This document shows positions 12,940 through 27,333 of a stretch of 64,000 bases of DNA, piece after piece; the stretch's first letter is position 1; the number at the start of each line of letters is the position of its first letter. This stretch comes from Octopus vulgaris (Eukaryota): positions 119,412,001-119,476,000 of the forward strand of contig OX597814.1 in NCBI GenBank assembly GCA_951406725.2, given 5' to 3'. The notes under the pieces were generated by a model. It made no database searches, was not told the DNA's origin, and worked only from the letters and a program-made list of their open reading frames with translations. The position numbers and the translations under genes are program-made.

Positions 12940-15220
12940 ATCCATATGTATACACATACGCAGAAATTTTTATATATATACATACTTACATATTTATATA
13001 TGTGTGCACACATGCACAAACGTATGTATGTGTCTGTGTGTGCGCGTGCGCGTGCAATGAAGTGCATATTATAACCATTAAGAGATAGTGAATCGGCGGC
13101 CGTTGCTTGTTATAAGAAGTTTAAATCAATCAAGCGTTGCACGAGAAATATCTATGAAGAATTAATTTACCCATAAATGTTTGCCGCGTAAAACATGCAC
13201 AGTTTATTCTTTTCTCTTCTCTTTTTCTTCTTTTTTTCCGAAACATAATTCTAGAATACGATGGGTTTCCGATATACATATGTGGCTTTCAATAAGAGAC
13301 GAAGTCGAGAGTTTCGAAAACTTAATTAAATTCGATATATTTTTCTCTCTATAGGCTTATAAATGATATTGCCTATGGCGTACGTCATATGACTGTATTG
13401 AGCTGTTATCAAAAAATGTAGTCTTCTATATATTTTGTTCTACAATGGAAATTTTACTCACTCACACACAAGTGTAACTATGTGCGTGTGTAGGCATGTG
13501 GGTAGGTTTATATGTAGGTGTGTATATGATGTTTTGTTATTATCCGGGAATTTCAAGTTAACAATGATGATCTCCCTTTGCGAATATCAGAAGGGCACAG
13601 AAAGTGTGTCTAAAGCCAATGTTTTTTAGTTGTTCGTTTAACATAGGGAAGGAAAAACAACTCGGCTTATCACGTGGTATGTGACATCACTAGTGACTTC
13701 TTTCTTGCCTTAAAACATAAAATAACAGTAATGGTTTACTATGTGTAGAAATATAAAATTTTTCCGGCATTATTTCTTTAAGATATGAGGTTTTTAGTCA
13801 CACATAAATTATCAACTTTTGTGCGATTACGGAATTGTATATCTTTGAACCAAGATACATGAAGTGATGACGGTAAAGGCCAACTTGCTTCTGGAAGGGA
13901 ATGTTTCTTGAGCGTTGTAATATTTCCATTGCTTTCTGTCTATATGATATACATTTCTACAGCAGAATAGAGAGCATAACAAAACGCCTACAAGAAATTC
14001 TATGATACCACGATTTCAACATACATTTTTTTAAATATTACAAACTCAGCTACATACGACGACACAACTGTATTGTAAAGTTAAATGCATCAACTATCAT
14101 TTCGCAAAAATAGGTTTATACAGCTACACCAACATGTAGGCTAAATTAATTCATGGCTTAAGAACATTGTCTTGTCAGTAACAAATTATAGGCGCTTAAG
14201 AAGAAAAAAAGCCGTCACAAAACACAATAGTTGTAAAAGAATCTAACTTATGTTGGGAATTAGTTCAAACAGATCAAGCGCAGGGACTAACCAGCTTTAG
14301 TATCGAATACTTATAGTGATTCATTACGAAAGATCTCTTTCAAAGAACCATGCAGTCCGCTTATAAAGTACACGATGATAACACAGAACGAAATGGAAAC
14401 TATTACATATTGAAATATTAACGAAATGAATGGTGACAAAATAAATAAATAAATGGACAAATACATAAATAATTAAATACATAAATAAATATAGAGATGA
14501 ATTTTATGTTGCATCCTAAATCACCACACGGCAATAACAAACAGAAAGACATCTGCCATTTGCTTTTCGGATATCGGAACACTGGTGACGTCATATTACG
14601 AGAGTGGATGCCGTTAGGAACTATTTATTCAACAAATACGACGATCGTCTGTGCGAGGAACTAGAATGAATCCATGGTACAAAAATAATAATAAGCTATG
14701 CATAATAAGCACCACGAGATTCTCTGCCTGTGTGTATTGAACAAATTATCGTTTAAGTGCAAATGCACTTATTCACAAACACGCGCGTAAAGTTACGCAT
14801 TCCTCCCACTCATACCTCATTCTTTCCTTTCTAGTTTATTGCTCGCATTTTATTTAGCGAAATGTATTTAGTATCATCTGACAGATCTCATTAAATATTT
14901 GTTGCAGGAAGTTCACTCAAACCTCTCGTTCTCTTTCACTGTGTTTTCATCTTCATGTGGCATCTTCTTCCGACCATACAGTGTATATTTCTGATAAATA
15001 TTCGTAAAAGTTATTGTTGCAATATAACGAAGACTTTTTTGAGGAAAGTGTTGTACATTCACATACTGAGTTTTATACTTCCTCAAGGCTGTAGGAGACA
15101 CAAAATTATACATACACGCATTTATGAGTGCAAATATATATGTAGTAATATGCATGTTTATATGCATACATACGTACAAAGTCTCACAGGCACAAACACA
15201 CACACACACATATATAAACA

Positions 15221-15429
15221 CTTTTACACGTTTCAGTCATTTGACTGTGGCCATGCTGGAGCACCGCCTTTATTTAAGCAAATCAACCCCAGGACTTATT
15301 CCTTGTAAGCCTAGTACTTATTCTACCGGTCTCTTTTGCAGAAACGCTAAGTTACGGGGACGTAAACATACCAGCATCGGTTGTCAAGCGATGTTGGGCG
15401 GGGGGACAAACACAGACACACAAGTATAT

Positions 15430-15476
<47 letters not shown>

Positions 15477-15626
15477 TGCAACAGGCTTCTTTTAGTTTCC
15501 GTCTGCCACATCCACTCACAAGGCTTTCGTCAACCCGAGGCTATAGTAGAAGACAGTTGCCCAAGGTGCCACGCAGTAGGACTGAACCCGGACCATGTGG
15601 TTGGTAAGGAAGCTACTTACCACACA

Positions 15627-15631
<5 letters not shown>
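15221..15631 (-). mobile_element. tRNA-derived SINE family A, near full length (octopus-type)
   Basis: The minus-strand head tggctgtgtggtaag...ggttcagtcc carries A/B-box-like motifs. It has a central microsatellite and a tail ...ggtgctccagcatggccacagtcaaatgactgaaac. Many copies occur in the window. Confidence 0.85.
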
Positions 15632-15670
<39 letters not shown>

Positions 15671-15734
15671 TCTTTAAGGCTTTAAATTATTTAAGCTTCG
15701 AAGTTGCGGTCATGCTGGTGCACCACCTATGGAT

Positions 15735-15770
<36 letters not shown>

Positions 15771-17411
15771 AGAGAGAGAGAGGAGTTATATGTGCGTTCC
15801 TCTGTGTGTGTGCGTGCGTGCGTATGCGTATATAGATAGATAGATAACTATACACAAGCATATATTTAATGCTTTGCTCATAGTATTTTTGTATTTATTA
15901 GTTGAAATAGTAGGCAACAAGGATAAAATGTGCCATTATTTTAGTGGCGTCAATAATGAAAGGAAGGAGACTGCATAGGTATATTACTATATTCAGTTAT
16001 GTACTATGTATCGCTTTAGTTACCACTATCATAAAATAAGTTTTCACCGTTGAAAACTTAATCTAAGTATAATTACGCAAAAACTAATTATTCAGTTATA
16101 CAGAATACCATGTTAGCAATCGCGGTTAGAAAAAAAATACCAAATATTGTATAACCTACGTCTGAATATCAAAACAGTTCATTTAAGATAAAGAGTTTCT
16201 TGATTCGATTGCTATTTTATTATATTTGCTTTTTCGGTGTTGCCTTGTTTTAAGAATATAGTTTACGTTACACTATTAATATCAACATTTTGATAACACC
16301 CGCTTACGAAAACGAAGAGCATTTTCTGCCTCTGGTTTATTCTAAATGTTTAATTCAGCGTCACACATTCCATGTCATTCGTTGTAAAGAATATTTATGT
16401 CAATATTGACAGATTATGTAACAACAGATAATCGTTGGATAGCGGCAAAAGGAATGGCTCCATTCGTAAACGAAAGTGCAATACCAAAATATCATGTTAA
16501 ACAAGGATGTAGCAAAGAGATTGTAAGGTATTTCAATGTGTTGCTTGCAAATCCATTCCCACGAAATTCTATCTCAATAAACATACATACATATAAATGC
16601 ATACTCACGTGTGTTTGTGTGTGTGTGCATGAGCGCCTGCGTGTATTGTGTGTGTGTTTAAATGAATATCTGTGGACAAATATCTAAATAAACAAATTGT
16701 ACTGCATTGAATTCGATATACAAATATATATATACACGTTGCCATGTAAATAGGGAGAAAGAAAAGACAGACATTTTTCAGTTTTATTTGTTTATTCGCA
16801 TCATTGTTGTAATATCTGCTCACCTAGGTTTCTCTCATAACTGCTATTTACTCTGCTGACTTGGTCACTGGTAAATACATCGGATGGATATTTGTATTGA
16901 GTATACGTATATATGCTCATATATATACGCATACAAATATTCATCTAATGTATTTACCAAGGAACAAGCATACGTATTTATGCTTATATGTACACACGCC
17001 CACACAATGCGCGCATATGGGTATGTATATGTACACATAAATTTATGTAAAAGCGTGTGTGTGTTTGTGTGTGTTGTGTATATATATATATATATATATA
17101 TAAGTATATATATGTGTATGTATATATATATAATTATATATATATAAGTATATATGTGTGTGTGTATATACATATATATATATATAAGTATATATATAAG
17201 TATATATATATAAGTACATATGTGTGGGTGTGGGTATATATATATATATATATATTAATAAATAAAACATATGCATATATATATACATATATGTACGTAC
17301 CTACCTCTACATGTATATATACACGCATATATGAGTACAGGACACCAAAAAAACGTCGAACACAATGAGAAACGAAAATATAGACACAAACCCAAGGAAC
17401 TGGACATTTTT

Positions 17412-17453
<42 letters not shown>

Positions 17454-17736
17454 TCAGTAATAATATAGGTTGAAATTAATTAATTTGGAATAATCATTAA
17501 TTTCACCAAGTAGATTTCGGCATGTAAAAGCCCCATTCGAGGAAAATTTAAGTAATACTAAGTAATTAAGGGTTTAGCAACGATTTGCCTCACCACACAC
17601 CGAGTTTAGAAATAGCAGTCAAAGAGTTATAGCTATTCTTTCTACTAAAATGGAGATCTCAGTAAAACCACAGCACTTAGAAGGCAGACGCAGGCAAGAG
17701 AGAAAGAAATGACGACAATCATGCAATATTAAGTCA

Positions 17737-17826
17737 CCTACGGACGTACGTTACGAAATTAAGTTTTAGGAAAGCATAAGAATTAGATAATTATGTCTTA
17801 CCCAACTTTTTTCTCATCAGCGTAGG
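17737..17826 (-). ncRNA. Degenerate type-I hammerhead (GAAA>GTAA)
   Basis: Minus strand reads cctacg CTGATGA g[long imperfect hairpin]c GTAAC gtac GTC cgtagg. Stem I is a perfect 6 bp, stem III is palindromic, and there is one core substitution. Confidence 0.7.
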
Positions 17827-19238
17827 ACACTACAATTATGAATAATTGTATATTAAATTTGGAGATACTAGAAGACATCACCTCAACTCCTAGTATCAGA
17901 GCGAGCTAAAGCCGTTACCAGTATCACCAAATTCAAAGTGTGAATGAAAGTTTGTGTCACCAACCCCCTCCCACCAGCGTGCTGTCAAGACAAGATGTTG
18001 TGGTCATTTACTGGGATATATATATATGCTTTCATGTTTACGCCAGACCACATCATTCCGCTTGTTCCGGGCTCTTCAGCTGAAACAGAACACTGGCCGA
18101 TTTGGTAGGAGAACCGAACCAGATGGACTGAGTATGTATGACTGCTTACAAGCATATAGGAACCCGAAACAATTTGCGAGAGTGTTGTACAAGCCACCAG
18201 GTCATATTCGCTTTCGATTCGCAGCAATTTAGTTATCTTGTCATTATTTGTTGCTATCATTATTTATATCTCTACAAACGTTATCGTCCATTATATCAAT
18301 ATAACCACGTATCACTTATGATCCATATTCGTTCATATCTATATTTCTTCAGAGATAACACAATTACATTGAGAACTGTAAATACATTAGAAAAAATATG
18401 AATATATAAGTGGAAAAGTGAGAGGGGTGGAAATCGAATGAAAATGCTATAATCTTTTCTAAAATCTGATGTATATCTTTCCAGATTTGTTAGTGTGGTG
18501 TGAGTGCGGTTCATACGTATTTGTGCGTGAGTAAGTACACGCATGCACACATAAGCACACACACATACTTAATCAGACACACACACAAGCACATATATAT
18601 ATTTACAAAAATATTCTGTTTGCTTTTATATCAGAATTCTCAATCAACATATATTTGATATAATATTCTATCAGAAGACTCTTGAAAATACATTTTTCAT
18701 ATATTTATTACTTTCTATTCAATGATTTCTTGTTTTCACACTTGCCTCCTTAGAATCACATCATTTAAGTAGTAGCCATATGAATCACTCAAAAGCCTAA
18801 ATCTGATAATATTTTGTATATTTATATATACTTGAGAGTAAGGATGTAATGTAGCATTAATATTAATTTTCACGTTATGACGCTACATTACTATGCCAAC
18901 TGGCATTCTCAATTTTACTTAACTCTATTCCACGCCAACTACAGTAAAACGTTTCAATAATTCACCTTTCTTACTGTACATTTACCCTATTTTTAAAATC
19001 TCGAAGCTTACATAGTAATACTTATGTACGTCTTCGAATGAAATAGTCATACATGCATATACACGCAATTGCTCGAACTAAGGAGAAAAAGGACAGCCAA
19101 TAACAGATGAAAGGTCGTTTTTTAAGTTACTTGTCTTGTTTTCCATGTATTTCATATTGTTTACGTTTTATGACGTCCTGTAACCATGCACGCGTACCTG
19201 TATACATATATATGTATGTACATATATGTACGTATATA

Positions 19239-19297
<59 letters not shown>

Positions 19298-19359
19298 CAT
19301 ATTATTATTTGATTGAACGCCACGCATCCATTTCCAAGTACATGTATCCTTATATAAGT

Positions 19360-19627
19360 GTGTGTACGGGTTTAGACGGAAACTGAAAGAAGCCTGTCGT
19401 ATATAAATGTGTGTGAGTGTGTGTATGCGTGTGTGTGTTTGTGTGACTGTATTTGTCCTCCACACATTCGTTTGACAAACGATGTTGGTGTGTTTAAGTC
19501 CCCGTAACTTAGCGGTTCGGCATAAAGACTGTCAGAATAAGTAGTAGGCTTGCAACGAATAAGTCCTTGGGGCGATTTGTTCGACTAAACGCGGTGCTCC
19601 AGTATGACTGCAGTCAAATGACTAAAT
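19360..19627 (+). mobile_element. SINE family A copy (5'-truncated)
   Basis: tagacggaaactgaaagaagcc...ccccgtaacttagcggttcggc...gcagtcaaatgact. Confidence 0.8.
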
Positions 19628-19918
19628 CTAGTAATATATATATATATATATATATGTATATATTTCGAAACGTGGAGTAAATGAAACTAAGGCGACTGAA
19701 GAAGGGGAATTTTCCTTGTTTTGTATGTCCTGTACTCTATTTTTTCGTTGTTTAAAGGAAATGTCAATTTCCTTGGTTTTGTGTTTATGTCTTCGATTCT
19801 CATTGTGTTCGACGTTTTTTGGGTGTCCTGTACCCATATACGCATGTATATATACATGTAGATGTAGGTACGTACATATATGTATGTATATATGCATATG
19901 TTTTATTTATTAATTTAT

Positions 19919-19971
<53 letters not shown>

Positions 19972-21013
19972 ATGTGTGTGTGTGTATGTGTGTGTGTGTG
20001 TGTGTGTGTATGTGTGTGTGTGTGTGTTTGAAATTGTCTACATCATTGGATGCTAAAGAAGTCGTAAATGTTTAACAAAATTTTCTTTCTTATAGAGAGA
20101 CGACTAAACCCAGGAAGGGGTCTTTCACTTCCACCTGTTGGTCAACCGCTGAATCTATTGAAATCATTTGCACTTTTGACTGGTGTTGCTTTTCGTTTTT
20201 TCATATCAAGCAGTCTCGGTACACTCATGAATACATACAGGGACTGCACTCATGAATACATACATACACACATACATACAACACACATACTACCACACAA
20301 ACAAACACACACCCGCACACACACATATATGTCAGCTACCTAAATACAATATAGATATTTATACACACACACAAACGCACGCGCACACGCTCGCACACAC
20401 GCATATATATTCAGCCACCTAAATACAATATACAAATATGTACACACATACGCACATACACAAAAAACACACACATGCACACAAACACACATACACGATC
20501 GCACACACATACACTCACACACATAATACATCCAGCCGCCTAAATGCAATATACATATATGTACACACACATACTCAGACACACACACATACACTCACAC
20601 ACATATATATATATTAGAAATTTACAAAAAAAAAAAAATACGAAGACAGGTGTAGAACATGATGGATTTAGCTGCATATGCACATATGCACATATAAAGA
20701 ATGGAAGACAGAAACAGAAAGAGATAGAGACAAGGAGAGAAACAGAGAGAGAGAGAGAGAGAGAGAGACATGTAGAAAAAGAGAGAAGGAGAGAGGGAGT
20801 GACGATTGAGAGAGAGAGAGAGATAGTGCAAAATAAGAAATAGATGTAATCAGATATCCGATTTAATGTCCTAAATTATGTAACAGCGTCTCCGTACATC
20901 GTAAGTTACAATCATAGTAATATCAATTTGGAATGCCATTACTCCAGAAACAATCGAAAACAGACACGAACGCCTTGTACAAGTGTGAATCCAATCGATA
21001 TATATATATGTAT

Positions 21014-21045
<32 letters not shown>

Positions 21046-21402
21046 GTATGTATATGTATATATATATATATATATATTGTACAAATTTGTAGCCTTAAGG
21101 CGATATGAGAAATCAAATTTTAAATGAAGAACTGGTTTGTTGCAGCATATGCCTAAGGTTAAGCATTCCAGTACTGTTTTGCAGCAAGTTATAATACGTT
21201 TAACATTCTAAATTTGGTGAGACTTCAGCATTAATTTTTAACTACATAACAAAATATTGTGTTAACCGGAGAAGTATGACCACAAATGCTCATCCATAAA
21301 CTTATCACTTAAAACTGAAATTTGTATGGTCTTTACGCAAGAGCATATATCATTGTAGGCAAGAGTAGCTATCACGCACGCATAAACGCATGTATGTATA
21401 TA

Positions 21403-21508
21403 CATTCATACATACATACATACATACATACATACATACATACATACATACATACATACATACATACATACATACATACATACATACATACATACATACA
21501 TACATACA
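21403..21508. repeat. (CATA)n microsatellite
   Basis: Seen directly. Confidence 0.95.
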
Positions 21509-21644
21509 TTATGTGTGTGTGCTAATGATATATGTAATTAAAAAATTGAAGGGAACGTTGGATCTTGAAGCATGTAAGCTATAATTAACAGCGTGTAAAT
21601 TTTGGATTAAAAACCCATTGGATGTATATATGGATATATAGATA

Positions 21645-21851
21645 GGTGCACGCGTGAATGTGTAGCGAGAGGCTTTCTTTCCAACCACATGGTTCCGGGT
21701 TCAGTCTCACTCACGGTGGTACTTTGGGCAAGTGTCTTCTACTGTAGCCTCGTCAAGTGGTCGATTTGTTCGTCTAAAGGTGGTGCTCCAGCATGGCTGC
21801 AGTCAAATGTCTGACGAGTGAAAGACTAAAAGAATTAAAGAATTAAAGAAT
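21645..21851 (+). mobile_element. SINE family A copy (head fused to tail, centre deleted)
   Basis: ccaaccacatggttccgggttcagtc...ttgggcaagtgtcttctact is joined to ggtgctccagcatggctgcagtcaaatg. Confidence 0.75.
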
Positions 21852-21947
21852 ATATATATATATATATATATATAATACATATACACAGAGTTTTTTTTCC
21901 ACCTCGTGGGGCGTAGTGAATTAGGCCACCAATGAAAGATATAATTT

Positions 21948-22518
21948 ATTTCTTTATTTCTCTCAGGGTGCTAAACATAGAGGGGACAAACAAGGACAGA
22001 CAAAGGGATTAAGTCGATTACATCGACCCCAGTGCGTAACTGGTACTTATTTAATCGACCCCGAAAGGATGGAACGCAAAGTCGACCTCGGAGAATTTGA
22101 ACTCAGAACGTAACGGCACACAAAATACTGCTAAGCAGTTCGCCCGGCGTGCTAACGATTCTTCCAGAGAAAGATATAATTAGAAGTATGTACAGTGTGT
22201 TCTGTATAAATTAGAGAATTTTTTATGTTTCCATTTTAGGGGAACAGTGTGATCTATTGTTAAACAGTTAGCGGGTTGGTTCTAAGTTGATAAGTCCGAC
22301 TCCTATGCTCAAATGATACTTATTATTCGATTATTGAACTGTTACTTATTTGTCGATTACATTGACTTCGGTAGTAAACTGGTAATTATTTTATCGACCC
22401 CAAAAGAATGAATGGTGAAGTCGACCTCGGTGGAATTTGAACTTAGAAGGTAAAGACCGATGAAATGCCGCTAAGCATTTTGTCTGACATGTTAACGATT
22501 CTGCAAGCCCACAGCCTT
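21948..22518 (-). mobile_element. Two SINE family B copies (21948-22167 and 22350-22518)
   Basis: The block atcgacccc.aaagg/aatg...gtcgacctcg...aatttgaact occurs twice. Confidence 0.8.
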
Positions 22519-22529
22519 AAGACATCTCA

Positions 22530-23070
22530 GTTATAGAAAAGAATTAACTGATGATTCGCGTCAGGTATAAAAATGCCGACATCGTGACAGCTGCTGAATG
22601 TTGTGTGAAAGGTGTAAGACGTAACGGACCTGTTACAGACTGTTCCAACGGAGATTACGATGTCGTGCCAGCAAGAAGTGACACAGCTGGGGTTGTGATC
22701 GCGTCCATACACCGGAGTTCACCCACAACAATTTTTTCACAGTACCTTAGACTCAATTCAAATGACTACGTGGGGCTGGTAGAGACCAGTCACACCAAGC
22801 CGAGAGATTGTTGCTGCTGGAAGACCATGTGTGTGATAGCAGGATTCAGTTCCTTGTCATACCTCCAGAAAGAGTTAAATGTGGTTGTCCGAGGGTTACT
22901 ATAACTTCACTAACCTCACTTTCTAGTCTCTTATGTAATCCGATTATAATCTTATGGATCAGTTCATGTAGAGTAACACACCATTCGCTCCGCTACAACA
23001 TCAAGCCCAAACTGGTGGCAATGGAAAACCTACCCAGGAAGGCAGTTAGGAACGCATGCACTAGGTTGGC
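22530..23070 (+). mobile_element. Internally deleted, decayed DD37D (maT-type) transposase relic
   Basis: VAAGRPCV**QDSVPCHTSRKS*MWLSEGYYNFTNLTF*SLM*SDYNLMD has exactly 37 codons between the two Asp residues and is homologous to the 45360 copy. An N-terminal-like segment ending HTPEF lies upstream. Confidence 0.7.
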
Positions 23071-23654
23071 TACTTTGAGTAAACTGTTATCTCCAACCAT
23101 CCCCTGGTTGATAATTTTTGATTATTTAAAACACTATATTTTTGGATGGGAGATTGTATTTTCTTTCCTTTCAAGGCAAGTTGTCAAATTTCGCCCGAAC
23201 ACACTACGATAATGCATTGCAAAGTTTTAAAACTCAAATATTCATGATGCTGATTACAATCTAATCGGCAATATCCATACTAAATTCCTCAATACCAATC
23301 TACCTCTCACTTTAGTCCATTTATGTCCTTGGGCATTTTGATTTCGTTACAACAATTCTGGAAATAGTTTGCTTTTGGGTAATTCAGCTCCTTTAATCAT
23401 TAATCATAGAAGTGATCAAATCAACATATTTAGATAAGATATGAATTCTGATTAGATTCGTAACAAAACAACAATTAGAATGTGAACAGTTATGAATATG
23501 CTAAAGTTTGACAAAAATTCTATTTGATGAGATGCAGCAAGTTATTATTGCGCCTAGTCATTAACGTGACTTCTCTTATTTTGTATTTACTATTTTTTAT
23601 TACACATTTATTATTTTAAAATATATTAACGGAATAAAATATGTCAAAATGGTG

Positions 23655-23977
23655 AAGACCCCCTTCGGTAGTGAATGATTTGGAGATTGGTCCTAGAAAT
23701 TTCCCCCACGAAGCAAAAGTGCAGGAAAGATTGTTTATAGAGGCCTGGTAGTCACCTATGCACACCAGTCTCCCCTCTCCACGTCACAAGGGAATGCAAA
23801 AGCTGATACATCTTGGTATCAGTGATGTCACAACTCATTTCTACAGATGAGTGAACTGAAGCAACGTAAAACAAAATATCTTGCTCAAGCACACTACACA
23901 TAGCCCGTTCCGGGAATCGAACTCACTACCACAAGATTGTGGAGTTCGACGCTCCAACCACAGATCCATTCACCTTC
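23655..23977 (-). mobile_element. Diverged SINE family C-like copy with a third tail type
   Basis: ctcatttctacagatgagtgaactgaagcaacg...ttgctcaag...ccgggaatcgaactcac. Confidence 0.7.
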
Positions 23978-26900
23978 TCAGGTAAAAAAACTAAGTTACC
24001 CTGTGATTAAAAATTCCTATCTTTAGCAGTCACAGTATTTTCAATTATGAGTGAAGTTAGCAGAGCTCTATTTTGGTTTGGTGCATGATATCAACAAAAT
24101 ACACAGGAATACTTATAAAATTAGTCCATATGCTATTATCGTCTTATCTATTTTTTATATAGACACACAGCGCGAATTTAACTGTCGATTACATCGTACC
24201 AGTACACAACTGGGATTTATTTTATTGTCACTACTAATTTTATTGCCTCTAAAATGACGAAAGCAAAGGCAACCTCAAATAAGTATAAATGGAATTTTAA
24301 TAAGCATTGTTACACAGTTTTACAAATCGCCATCCAGGCTGTTTTCGAAAGGATATATATCATAGTATATTTATAACAAAAAATAAGCTTCCTCTATCGC
24401 AAGTAGGTTAGTACATGTGTACGAAATCATTTCGTACTGACATGAATTGAAAGTAACTGAATGTTACATTTAATTAAGCAGTCTCTTTCATTCAATTATA
24501 GTTCACTCTCGTGCTATTATGGTATCTAGCAGCATAGATAATAAAGGGGTTGCTAACAGAAAAATGGTACAAATGAAACATGTTAAATTACATTATTGTT
24601 GTGTCCTTACTTATTCATCTAGATACATTTTCTTTTTGATCAATAGTAACATCATGCGTTATTTTGAATCAAAAGTAATGACAGGGTTTGTTACAACTGT
24701 ATGACTCCATGTTAATTCGAATAGAACAAGTGTAAGACAGATAAGTATTGGACCGAAAGACTAGGTGCGACACAGAAACTTTTTGTTCTAGTTATGCATG
24801 GAAAAACTTAAGTCAAAATTGCCTTAAATAATTTAATTCTCAAAGTAACCATTTTCTGACGAACTAACGCCCACATTAATATGCTAGTAAATGATATATT
24901 TGTTATTTTATTGATTTTGATTCAATATGCAAAGGTCAGACTAGAGACAATACAAACACAATAGTTAATTTCTGAAATGGTGATACTCAATAATTGTATT
25001 TAAATTCGATATTAAACAACATGCTATGATTCTATGATCAGCTTCACTTCCAACCCCCAAAACATAAATTGAATTTTGTTTCAACACAGACGCGGCAACA
25101 GAATAGTGATATTGCTACAAAATTACCTCCCAGGGAATAAAGAACATAAAAATAATCAATCAATAGTGTTAGGTAAATTGTATTATGTAACAATTAGGCT
25201 TTGTGTCCTACATTTCTTAATAACATTAAGCTTGTTGTAAAGAGTTAAATATTTCTCGTCGAATCAAATTAAAATTGACTGGACTTTGATTGACCTTAGG
25301 ATATTAGAGAATTTTAAATTCATTAGAGTTAAACTAATATTAGTTTTAGGCTACTATTAGTTTGAAAGAAATACTTTTTACTAATATTAAGATTAGATTC
25401 AATACTAAAAAATATTGATTAACATATTCACATGGGAACTAATTTATAGAATACTACTTTCCGTAAACTTAATTTTTGGAATGAAAAGAAGAAAAAAATC
25501 AAAATTAAAGAGAAAAGAAAATGAGGCATTCTGAGGTTGGCTTATTTCTGTTAACGAAGTGTATTATTTATGGTCAGCAAAGACAGTTCCCCATGGGGAT
25601 TATAAAATTATCAAATGAATTAATATTTGATAAAAAACATAAGGTTTTATAAGAAATCAGTTATATATTTCGATTAATTTCAGGTCATAAACAATTACAC
25701 AGTAAAAAAAAAAAAGCTCGCCCCTGTATTGATTGTGACTGTTGTATCGTATAACGTGGTAAAACGTTTAGTCGTATATCTACGTTTCAGCAACTGACTT
25801 TTCATTGCATCACAATCCAGATGTCGATTCTTAAAGCGATATCTTGATAGCAATTCCACGATATAACTACTTCACCTTTGAACAGGCAATATCTAATGAC
25901 TTAACAATCAAACAAGCAAATTAGTGCGTAATTTTTCCCCTCCAGCTAATATTGAAGGGCAATATTTCGAATTTCAGACATTAATTAAAGGCCAAGGATA
26001 AATTCTGTTCTGAACAAAGAAAAGATACTAATATGTAGTCTAGTAATATTATAACCTAACAGGTGTTATTTGTTTCGATTCTTAGAATTTAACATTTCCA
26101 TATGATATATAGATGTCGCCAGCTAGTGACAATTTTGGCCTTTATATACTAGAGGCAGACATACAACTGTCACTGAGGTCGACTTGTTACATCCTTTGCG
26201 TCAGGCGAACGGTATATCAATCGTTTCAGTTTATCCATCGATCGATCGATCCGTCGATCCATCCATCCATTAATCCATCCATCTATCCACCCATACATGC
26301 ATGTGCATATACCTATCTCCCAGCCTAGCTATATTTCTCAATTACCTACACAATTATCCACACTTATTTATCTCTCAATCTATCACCACCTATACACATA
26401 TATACTTAGATTCTATACAAACTTTACTTAGAAGCATTTTATTTGTATCTTAATATTCCATTTTACAAATTGCTAAGCTTCCTTTTATAAAACAGTTAAC
26501 GGTTATAGCCATTTAGAAACACCTTAATACATATCGATATTTATATTTAACGAGAATGAGATCAAATGATAATTTTACATCTTTTTATTTAAGTATTTTC
26601 CTTCATCTCATCTTTCTTCATTTCATTTATCATTCAACCACACTCATTTCAGCTTTATAGGGTTGGTCATTCCCCAAGATCTTAATGTTAGGTATTGCAA
26701 AATGATCTTAGGTTAACATACATTATCGCATATAGTTCTCTTTCATAGGAAATATTGATAATTGCAGGTAAAATTCCACAACCCCCATAAAATTTATTAT
26801 ACACGCCAATTTCTTTTAAATTATATTTTGTGTTTCCGATAGTCTGTATTAAACTGCCAGCGGTATATGCAGACAATTTATTCAAACCCAGGCCACATTT

Positions 26901-27285
26901 TACTAGCAAAGTTAATAACTCGTCTATTTGCTCTTGGTGTCAAAGTCACATTTGCTTCCTCTTTGCAAAATTAAAGTATCAAATATTTGTTTTTATTTTC
27001 AAGTGGGGCAACGCTGTTGGTTTATTATTTAAAATACCAGTTCAACATACATTTGTAGAAAATGTGTTGCCACTATTAGTTTCTCTCAGGTTTCACATTT
27101 CATTTTGAATAACAATCTGTTCACCACTTGGTTATTCGGCAACCAATACTTCTCCATGTGTCATGATACGCCAAATGATACACTCTACGTATATCTTCAT
27201 CTCAAATTCTGATGTCTTGCTTTGATGTGTATATGTATGCATGTATTTATGTAAGTATGGTTGCGTATATACATTTATAAGTGTA

Positions 27286-27333
<48 letters not shown>

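Noticed and set aside
16397-16687. 96-aa ORF with a non-repetitive first half
   Set aside because: There is no recognisable domain or convincing splice signals, and it ends in a (GT)-rich tract.
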